From the NCBI GenBank assembly GCA_902826885.1, contig CADEGL010000007.1, forward strand, positions 10,588 through 74,587: 64,000 bases of DNA, read 5' to 3'. A model generated the notes under the pieces. It saw only the letters and a list, made by a program, of their open reading frames with translations. It did no database searches and was not told the origin of the DNA. Each line of letters opens with the position of its first letter. Within the stretch, counting starts at the first letter, position 1. Both the position numbers and the translations under genes were made by a program. This DNA is from an uncultured Alphaproteobacteria bacterium. Lineage in GTDB: Bacteria; Pseudomonadota; Alphaproteobacteria; CADEGL01. Positions 57,521 to 64,000 of the stretch are shown here, piece after piece.

Positions 57521-59970
57521 TGGCGTTCCTGGCGCAGGGCCCGGGCCGCGCGCGTGGGGCTGCGTCGGACGCGAAGCGAATCCTGGCCAAGGCCGCACTC
57601 TTATGGGAGCGGCTGTGGCCCGCCCTTTGGCCCGCCACCGGCATCGCCGGCGCCTTCGTCGCCCTGGCCTGGTTCGACATGTTGCCCCGCCTGCCCGGCT
57701 GGCTTCACGCCACGATCCTCATCTTGTTCGGCCTGGCGCTTCTCTACGCGCTGTTCCGCGGCTTCCGCGGCTTCGCCTTGCCCCGGCCGGAGGAAGCGCT
57801 GCGCCGGCTCGAGCGCGGCGGACGTCTGACGCACCGGCCCTTGTCCGCCATGGGCGACCAGTTGGCGGCGGGCACGGGCGATACCTTCTCGGAAAGCCTA
57901 TGGCGTGCCCACCTCGCGCGCATGGCCGCTGCCGCGAAACGCGCGCGCGTCGGTCTGCCCTCGCCGGGCCTGGCCGCGCGTGACCCAAGGGGGCTGCGCG
58001 CCCTCGTCCTGCTTCTGCTCGCCGTCGCGCTGCCGGGCGCCTTGATCGACGGTTGGGACCGCATCGAGCGCGCCTTGTCGCCACAGTTCGGCGCCATAGG
58101 CGGCCCACCACCCAGTTTCGACGTCTGGGTCTCGCCGCCGGAATACACCAACCTGCCGCCCATCTACCTGCCGTCCGGGCACGGCGCGGAGCCGATCAAG
58201 ATTCCGGCCGGCAGCAGCGTCCTGGCGCGCCTACACGGCGGCCGCGGCACGCCGCGCCTGGAGATGGGCGACGATACGGTCAAGTTCGAACGGGTCGACA
58301 AGGCCGACTATGAAGGCCGCCTGACCCTGGCCAAGGGCGACAGGCTGGCGATTCGCCAGGGCGGACGCACGCTGGCCTCGTGGCCCTTGTCCATCGTGGC
58401 CGACAAGCCGCCCGAGGTGGGGTTCCTCGACGCGCCCACGGCGACGCCGCAATACGCGGTGCGCGTGGATTACGAAACAGTCGACGACTACGGCGTGGTG
58501 AAAGGCGAATTCATCATCCGCCGCGCGGGTCCCGAAGGCGCGTCTTCCGCCGCCAGCGCGGAGACGATCGTGCTGCCCCTCCCCCTCGCGGGCCAGGAGC
58601 CGGTGCAGCGCGGCACCGCCTATTTCGACGTCACCTCGCATCCCTGGGCCGGTTTGCCCGTGACCGGCAGCCTGAACGTCACCGACGCCGTCGGCCAGAC
58701 CGGCGGCAGCGTCCCGCTTAGCTTTGTGCTGCCCGAGCGCAAGTTCACCAATCCCTTGGCGCGCGTCATCGCGGAATTGCGCAAGCGCCTGACCATCGCG
58801 CCCGAGGAGCGCGACGGCGTGGCTGCGGCTCTCAACGAACTGACCGACCGCGCCTCGCGCGTGAACAAGGACTACCTGATCACGCTCGGCCTCTCCTCGG
58901 CGCACGGACGTTTGCGCTACGACCGAAGGCCGGAGGCGATTCCCGAGGCGCAGGCCCTGATGTGGGATTTGGCGCTGCGCGCGGAGGACGGCGACGTCTC
59001 GGTCGCGGCGCGCGATCTGCGCGCGGTGGAAGAGGCGCTACGGCAGGCCTTGGAGCGCGGCGCCCCGGATGCCGAGATCGAGAAGCTGATGAACGAACTG
59101 CGCCAAGCCATGGACCGCTATATGCAGGCGCTGCGCGAGCAACTGGAGCAGAAGCTGCGCAGCGGCCAGGACGTTCCGCGCACATCGCCGCAAGACATGG
59201 CGATGGAACGGCAGGATTTGCAGCGCATGCTGGAACAGGCGCGCGACCTGATGCGCGCGGGCGCGCGCGGCGCGGCGCAGGACCTTTTGAACCAGCTTCG
59301 CAACATGCTGGAGAACATGCGCGCGGGCGTGATGGAACAGCCGTCTGGTCAGCAGACCCAGGCCAATCGCATGATGCGCGACTTGCGCGATCTGGCCGAA
59401 CGCCAGCAGCAATTGATGGACCAGACCTTCCGCCAAGCCCAGCAAGGCAAGACGCAGCCGGGCGGCAAACAGCAAGGCAACCAGTCCGGCCCGGACGGTA
59501 CCGAAAGCCGCGCGGGCGCCCAGGCCCAGGAGAACATTCGCCAAGGACTGGGCGAGTTCATGAAACGCTACGGCAACATGGGCGGACAAGAACCCTTCAG
59601 CCAGGCCGAGCAAGCCATGCGTGAAGCGGCCGAAGCGCTGGAAGGCAGCCGGCCGGGCCAGGCCGTCGATCGTCAGGCCCAAGCCTTGGAGGCCTTGCGT
59701 CAAGGCGCAAGAGAGATGGCCCAGCGCCTGTCCGAGCGCAACGCGGGCCGCGCGGGCATGCCCAATCCCCGCGCACTCGGGCGCGGCCGAGACGGTGGCG
59801 GCAAACCCAACGGCCAGACCGGCGCCGGCACCGAGGATGTTGGGATTCCGGATGAGGCCGAACTGCGCCGTGCGCGAGAAATTCTGGAAGAGCTGCGCCG
59901 GCGCTCGGGTGACCGCAACCGCCCGCCCGTGGAACGCGAATATATCGACCGGTTGTTGCCGCGCTATTAG
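57520..59970 (+). CDS. DUF4175/TIGR02302-family large protein (N-terminal TM, C-terminal Q/R-rich coiled coil)
   Basis: This 816-aa protein sits in a conserved position downstream of lysA in alphaproteobacteria. It has low-complexity QQ/RR-rich segments. Confidence 0.6.
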   Translation: MAFLAQGPGRARGAASDAKRILAKAALLWERLWPALWPATGIAGAFVALAWFDMLPRLPGWLHATILILFGLALLYALFRGFRGFALPRPEEALRRLERGGRLTHRPLSAMGDQLAAGTGDTFSESLWRAHLARMAAAAKRARVGLPSPGLAARDPRGLRALVLLLLAVALPGALIDGWDRIERALSPQFGAIGGPPPSFDVWVSPPEYTNLPPIYLPSGHGAEPIKIPAGSSVLARLHGGRGTPRLEMGDDTVKFERVDKADYEGRLTLAKGDRLAIRQGGRTLASWPLSIVADKPPEVGFLDAPTATPQYAVRVDYETVDDYGVVKGEFIIRRAGPEGASSAASAETIVLPLPLAGQEPVQRGTAYFDVTSHPWAGLPVTGSLNVTDAVGQTGGSVPLSFVLPERKFTNPLARVIAELRKRLTIAPEERDGVAAALNELTDRASRVNKDYLITLGLSSAHGRLRYDRRPEAIPEAQALMWDLALRAEDGDVSVAARDLRAVEEALRQALERGAPDAEIEKLMNELRQAMDRYMQALREQLEQKLRSGQDVPRTSPQDMAMERQDLQRMLEQARDLMRAGARGAAQDLLNQLRNMLENMRAGVMEQPSGQQTQANRMMRDLRDLAERQQQLMDQTFRQAQQGKTQPGGKQQGNQSGPDGTESRAGAQAQENIRQGLGEFMKRYGNMGGQEPFSQAEQAMREAAEALEGSRPGQAVDRQAQALEALRQGAREMAQRLSERNAGRAGMPNPRALGRGRDGGGKPNGQTGAGTEDVGIPDEAELRRAREILEELRRRSGDRNRPPVEREYIDRLLPRY

Positions 59971-59979
59971 GCGGAGCGC

Positions 59980-60759
59980 CTAGCGCCGCGGCGGCGGCGT
60001 GAAGATGACGACGAGGTTGAGCGCCTCGGCCGGCGGCGTTTCGAGCCGCGTGTCGAAATCGACGCTTTCGCCGGGCTCCAACATCTGGCGCGGCAGGCCG
60101 AAATCCCAGCCCCGCACCTCTTCGCCGGCCGCGTTGCGCAGGCTGGCGCGAAGCGGCGGGATACGCCGCGTCGAACGCGAAATGTTGGCCACCCGCCCCT
60201 TCACCGACAGCACGGCGGGCGTGCCGTCCTCGGCTTGCGTGGTCATGGTGGCGATGTCCTGGATGGCCAGGCCCGCGCCGGGCGGCAAAGTGACCAAACC
60301 CAGCATCTCGTAAGCCTGGGTCGCGGGCGGCCAAATCTGCATCACACGCTCGCGCCCGATATAGAGGGCGCCCAGCACGACGGCCACGATCAGAAACAAC
60401 GCGATCCAACCGATGGTCACGCCGGCTCCGCCACCCCCATCGCGGCGGGGCGCGGCAAGGGGATCGTCGGCCGAGAGCGCCGGCGGCAGCATCTCGCGCA
60501 AATCGGGCCGCTCCGGCTCGAGCGGCGACATGGAAGCGGGCTCGGCCGCGACGGAAGCCTGCGGCGCGGGCGGCTCCACGGGCGGCGGAGGCGGCGCGAC
60601 CTCGGGGGCAACGGCGGGCGGCGCGGGTTCGGCGGCACGTTCGGGCGCCTGGACCCATTCGTGCTTGCAACGCGAACAGCGCACACGGCGGGCTTGTCCG
60701 CCGAGCCGCGACTCGTCGAGGTTGAAGCGCGTCGCGCAGGACGGGCAAACCAGGATCAT
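59980..60759 (-). CDS. MJ0042-type zinc-ribbon plus DUF3426 domain protein
   Basis: It starts MILVCPSCATRFNLDE...RCSRCKHEW, is Pro-rich in the middle and has a transmembrane helix. The ORF portion upstream of 60759 is unsupported. Confidence 0.6.
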   Translation of the reverse strand: MILVCPSCATRFNLDESRLGGQARRVRCSRCKHEWVQAPERAAEPAPPAVAPEVAPPPPPVEPPAPQASVAAEPASMSPLEPERPDLREMLPPALSADDPLAAPRRDGGGGAGVTIGWIALFLIVAVVLGALYIGRERVMQIWPPATQAYEMLGLVTLPPGAGLAIQDIATMTTQAEDGTPAVLSVKGRVANISRSTRRIPPLRASLRNAAGEEVRGWDFGLPRQMLEPGESVDFDTRLETPPAEALNLVVIFTPPPRR

Positions 60760-60883
60760 TGTGTGGCACTCTAGGCGCTCGCCTGGCGCGAGACAAGTTG
60801 GCGGCCATGCGCGCGGCGCGCGCTGGACGGCGCGCGAGAGCAATGTCATTCTCGCGCCACGTTTGCCGCATACATCGCGCGTG

Positions 60884-61585
60884 ATGGAGTCCGACAACCA
60901 ACCCATCGTCCGTTTCGAGAATGTCGGCCTGCGCTATGGCGTGGGGCCTGAGGTTCTGAACGACACCAGCTTCGCCATCGAGCGAGGCGCGTTCTGGTTC
61001 GTGATGGGCGAAAGCGGCGCGGGCAAATCCAGCCTCCTGAAGCTGATGTATCTGGCCTTGCGCCCGACCCGCGGCCACGTCTCGCTGTTCGGTCACGACG
61101 TGGCGACCTTGCCGCGACGCGAGCTTCCCGCTATCCGCCGCCGCATTGGTGTGGTGTTCCAGGATTTCCACCTGCTCGACCATCTTTCCACGCTCGACAA
61201 CGTGGCATTGCCGCTGCGCGTCGCGGGCGTGCCGGAGGCACAGGCGCGAGAGCATGTCACCGAGCTTCTGCGCTGGGTCGGATTGGCGGACCGCATGGAC
61301 GCCAAACCGCACACCCTGTCCGGCGGCGAGCAGCAGCGGGTGGCCATCGCCCGTGCCGTCATTAACCGCCCAAGCCTCCTGATCGCCGACGAGCCGACCG
61401 GAAACGTCGACGACCGCATGGCCGTGCGCCTGCTTTATTTGTTCGAGGAGTTGAACAAGATCGGCACCACGGTCGTCATCGCGACCCACAACCAAGCGCT
61501 GGTCTCCCGCTTCAACCATCCTTGCTATGTGCTGAAAGACGGCGCTTTGACGCGCACCGGCGGGCGCGAAGGCGAGGCCGCGTGA
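60884..61585 (+). CDS. ftsE: Cell division ATP-binding protein FtsE
   Basis: It has Walker A (GESGAGKSS), an LSGGEQQR signature and Walker B (LLIADEPTG). Confidence 0.9.
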   Translation: MESDNQPIVRFENVGLRYGVGPEVLNDTSFAIERGAFWFVMGESGAGKSSLLKLMYLALRPTRGHVSLFGHDVATLPRRELPAIRRRIGVVFQDFHLLDHLSTLDNVALPLRVAGVPEAQAREHVTELLRWVGLADRMDAKPHTLSGGEQQRVAIARAVINRPSLLIADEPTGNVDDRMAVRLLYLFEELNKIGTTVVIATHNQALVSRFNHPCYVLKDGALTRTGGREGEAA

Positions 61586-62469
61586 TCCGCCGCCGATCCG
61601 CCCTGCCGCTCGCGACCGATCAGGCCAGCCGTTTCCTGCCCTGGTTGACGGCACTGATGGTTTATTTGGCGGCCCTGGCCTTGATCGGCGCGATCTCGCT
61701 ACGCGATGCGGCCTACCGCTGGGGCGGGCAGTTCGAAGGCACGCTGACCGTCCAGATCGTACCGTCGGAGGGCGTGAAGCTGCACGTCATCGACGAACAA
61801 GTGAAGAAGGCCGCTGCCATCCTGGAGACGACACCCGGCGTCGTCTCCGTCAAGCCATTGGACATCGACGCCACGGCCGCGCTCCTGGAACCCTGGCTCG
61901 GCCGCGGGCCGCTCGTGCGTGAACTGCCCTTGCCGCGCCTGATCGACGTGCGCACCGCCCCCGGTGCCAAGTTGGACGTTCCCCTGTTGGCCAAGCAATT
62001 GGGCGAGGTCGCGCCCGGCTCCCTGATCGACGATCACGGCGACTGGCTGCGTTCGCTGACCGCGCTGGCGCGGGCAATCGAAACCATCTCGCTGGGCGTC
62101 CTTTTGTTCATCGCCATGGTGGCCATCGCGGCCATGGTGTTCGCCACGCGTACGGGCCTCGCGCTGCATCACGACGTCGTCTCGGTTCTGCATATGGTCG
62201 GCGCGCGCGACGGCTTCATCGCGCGGCAGTTCGAGCGTCACGCGTTGTGGCTGTCGTTCAAAGGCGGCGTCATGGGCCTGGGCCTGGCCGGCACCACCCT
62301 GGTCGCCCTGGATCGGATCGGTGCCGAACTGGCACCTTCGCTTCTGCCGCGCTTCGAATTGGGCTGGCCGCAATGGCTGGCGCTCCTGGCCGTGCCCGTC
62401 GCCGGCATGGTCATCGCCACGGTGACCGCGCGCATCACGGTCATGCGGACCCTCGCCAAGGCCTTGTAA
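61582..62469 (+). CDS. ftsX: Cell division permease FtsX
   Basis: It shows GTGA coupling to ftsE and has a C-terminal 4-TM domain. Confidence 0.8.
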   Translation: MIRRRSALPLATDQASRFLPWLTALMVYLAALALIGAISLRDAAYRWGGQFEGTLTVQIVPSEGVKLHVIDEQVKKAAAILETTPGVVSVKPLDIDATAALLEPWLGRGPLVRELPLPRLIDVRTAPGAKLDVPLLAKQLGEVAPGSLIDDHGDWLRSLTALARAIETISLGVLLFIAMVAIAAMVFATRTGLALHHDVVSVLHMVGARDGFIARQFERHALWLSFKGGVMGLGLAGTTLVALDRIGAELAPSLLPRFELGWPQWLALLAVPVAGMVIATVTARITVMRTLAKAL

Positions 62470-63089
62470 TGGCGCGGCGCCGGGGGGGCGGCCTTTCCGT
62501 CGTTCTTCTTCTCCTGGCGGGAGCGTGGCTGGCGGGCTTGATCGTGTTCGCCGAGGCCATTCCCGATCACTCCGCCGACGACGGCCGCGCAACCGATGCC
62601 ATCGTCGTGTTGACCGGAGGCAGCGGCCGGATCGACGTCGGGTTGGAGCAGTTGGCCCAGGGGCGTGCGAAGAAGCTGTTCGTCTCGGGCGTGCCGCGCG
62701 GCGTGCTGCTGGCGGAACTGCCTGGCCTCGCCAACGCCACGCCCGAGCGGATCGCCTGCTGCGTCATCCTGGGCCACGAGGCCGACAACACGGTCGGCAA
62801 CGCACGCGAGACGGCGGCCTGGATGCTGGCCGAGGACTTTCATTCGCTGCGCCTGGTGACGTCGAACTATCACATGCCGCGTAGCCTGTTGGAGTTCCGC
62901 CGCGCCATGCCCGGAGTAGCGATCGTGCCGCACCCGGTCATTCCCGAACGCGTGCGCCAGAACGATTGGTGGCGCTGGCCCGGCACAACCATGCTAATCG
63001 TCACCGAATACAGCAAATACCTGCTGGCGCTGGTGCGCGAATGGGCGGGGGAGACGCTTACGCCGCGGGCGGCGGCTGGCGTGCCGTGA
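62469..63089 (+). CDS. YdcF/ElyC-like DUF218 protein
   Basis: It shows the DUF218 pattern (AIVVLTGGSGRIDVG...LVTSNYHMPR). Confidence 0.65.
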   Translation: MARRRGGGLSVVLLLLAGAWLAGLIVFAEAIPDHSADDGRATDAIVVLTGGSGRIDVGLEQLAQGRAKKLFVSGVPRGVLLAELPGLANATPERIACCVILGHEADNTVGNARETAAWMLAEDFHSLRLVTSNYHMPRSLLEFRRAMPGVAIVPHPVIPERVRQNDWWRWPGTTMLIVTEYSKYLLALVREWAGETLTPRAAAGVP

Positions 63090-63853
63090 CCAGCCGGGCG
63101 GGGCTGGTCCTGCGTTCGGTGGCGTTCAACCTTCTATTCGTCCTGTGGTCGACCGCCTTCTCATTGACCTTCTGGCCGCTGCTCGTCCTCCCTCCGCGCC
63201 GCATCACATGGCTCGGGCGATGGTGGGCGCGCGGTGTGCTGGCTTTTCTGACCTTGACCGTGGGCCTGCGCCACGAGGTGCGCGGGCTGGAGCACAAACC
63301 CGGCGGACCGGCCATCGTAGCTTCCAAGCATCAGTCGGCCTGGGACACGATCGTCTTCTTCCTGCTGCACGACCGGCTGGCCTATGTGCTGAAAGCCGAG
63401 TTGCTGCTGATCCCCATCATCGGCTGGTACCTGGCGCGGGTCGGCATGATCGCGATCGACCGGCGCGGCGGCGCCCGCGCCTTGCGCGGCCTGATCACAC
63501 GCGCCCGCCGGGCGGTGGCCGAGGACCGCACCATCGTCATCTTCCCCGAAGGCACCCGCACCGCGCCCGGTACCCGCCGCCCGTATCAGCCCGGCGTGGC
63601 GGCGCTGTATGCTCAACTCGACCTGCCGGTCGTGCCCGTCGCCCTCAACTCGGGGCACTATTGGCGTCGGCGCGGTTTCCTGAAGCGCCCGGGCACCATC
63701 GTTTTGGAATACCTGCCGCCTATCCCGCCGGGCCTCGGCCGCGAGGCCTTCACGGCCACGCTGGAGGCGCGCATCGAGGACGCCGTCGCGCGGCTGGATC
63801 AAGACGCCACATCGCCGGAATCCAAGGAACCGAATCGCGCCGCCGCCAGTTGA
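63086..63853 (+). CDS. plsC: 1-acyl-sn-glycerol-3-phosphate acyltransferase
   Basis: It has motifs H(x4)D (ASKHQSAWD) and FPEGTRT. Its GTG start overlaps the upstream stop (GTGA); the alternative start is ATG 63041. Confidence 0.75.
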   Translation: MTSRAGLVLRSVAFNLLFVLWSTAFSLTFWPLLVLPPRRITWLGRWWARGVLAFLTLTVGLRHEVRGLEHKPGGPAIVASKHQSAWDTIVFFLLHDRLAYVLKAELLLIPIIGWYLARVGMIAIDRRGGARALRGLITRARRAVAEDRTIVIFPEGTRTAPGTRRPYQPGVAALYAQLDLPVVPVALNSGHYWRRRGFLKRPGTIVLEYLPPIPPGLGREAFTATLEARIEDAVARLDQDATSPESKEPNRAAAS

Positions 63854-63898
63854 TGAACTCGGGCGGCGTCCCGCGCCGCCTGATTCCTGGAGGCGGCC

Positions 63899-64000
63899 AT
63901 GTACTCGATCGTCCCGTTTACGGCAGGCGCGGTCATCGCGGCCGGCATCCTGTCGGCATTTGCGCCCATGAACGCCATTTCGACCGAAGATTCTCCCGCG
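63899..64000 (+). CDS. Hypothetical protein, 3' partial (runs off the window)
   Basis: A GGAGG RBS is followed by ATG. Only 34 codons are visible. Confidence 0.35.
   Translation, partial: MYSIVPFTAGAVIAAGILSAFAPMNAISTEDSPA

Noticed and set aside
59597-61654. 685-aa minus-strand ORF covering the zinc-ribbon gene and ftsE
   Set aside because: Its Arg/Ala/Gly-rich translation is the antisense of two well-supported genes. Only the zinc-ribbon/DUF3426 frame (59980-60759) is credible on this strand.
1-64000. CRISPR arrays, rRNA genes, IS elements, prophage genes
   Set aside because: None are recognisable. The only RNA gene found is tRNA-Leu(CAA) at 37101-37187. Repeats are limited to the intragenic coding repeats at 16161-16760.

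Overview
This is a high-GC (~65-70%) chromosomal segment with alphaproteobacterial-type content. I support about 75 protein-coding genes and one tRNA-Leu(CAA). I see no rRNA, no CRISPR array and no recognisable transposase, integrase or prophage genes. Housekeeping blocks are tlpA/argH-lptM-like-lysA-DUF4175, ftsE-ftsX-ydcF-plsC, cobalamin adenosyltransferase-etfB-etfA-hbd, dsbB-coq7, mscL, zapE, an acyl-CoA dehydrogenase, an aldehyde dehydrogenase and several SDR/ADH oxidoreductases.

The most prominent accessory content is a 13.5-kb operon of 16 translationally coupled genes at 23440-36920 (+). Its gene order matches the aryl-polyene (ApeC to ApeR) type II PKS/FAS-like lipid biosynthesis-and-export clusters. 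It carries two tandem ACPs, three KS/CLF genes, a KR, two DH domains, an AMP-ligase, a lysophospholipid acyltransferase, GT2 and LpxL-like domains, a thioesterase, a LolA-like protein, an MMPL exporter and a DUF3261 lipoprotein. It contains two unusual gene fusions. A lower-GC operon on the opposite strand (PPTase, secreted protein, SAM-methyltransferase, lipoprotein; 20728-23210) diverges from it across an AT-rich promoter region.

Three further loci deserve a second look:
- A ~48% GC single-gene insertion at 49636-50397, wedged with 4-10 nt spacers between native genes, encodes a divergent class III nucleotidyl-cyclase-homology-domain protein with an unknown C-terminal domain.
- A secreted protein at 16026-16832 carries eight tandem CxxGFYxxxxxC modules and is ATGA-coupled to an ASCH-domain protein.
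- A small Cys-rich protein with a basic tail sits at 8305-8802.

An ABC importer operon (SBP, two permeases, M24 peptidase) has no ATPase gene. Many long antisense ORFs in the six-frame track are high-GC artefacts. All coordinates include the stop codon. Start codons were chosen from RBS and overlap logic and may be off for some genes.
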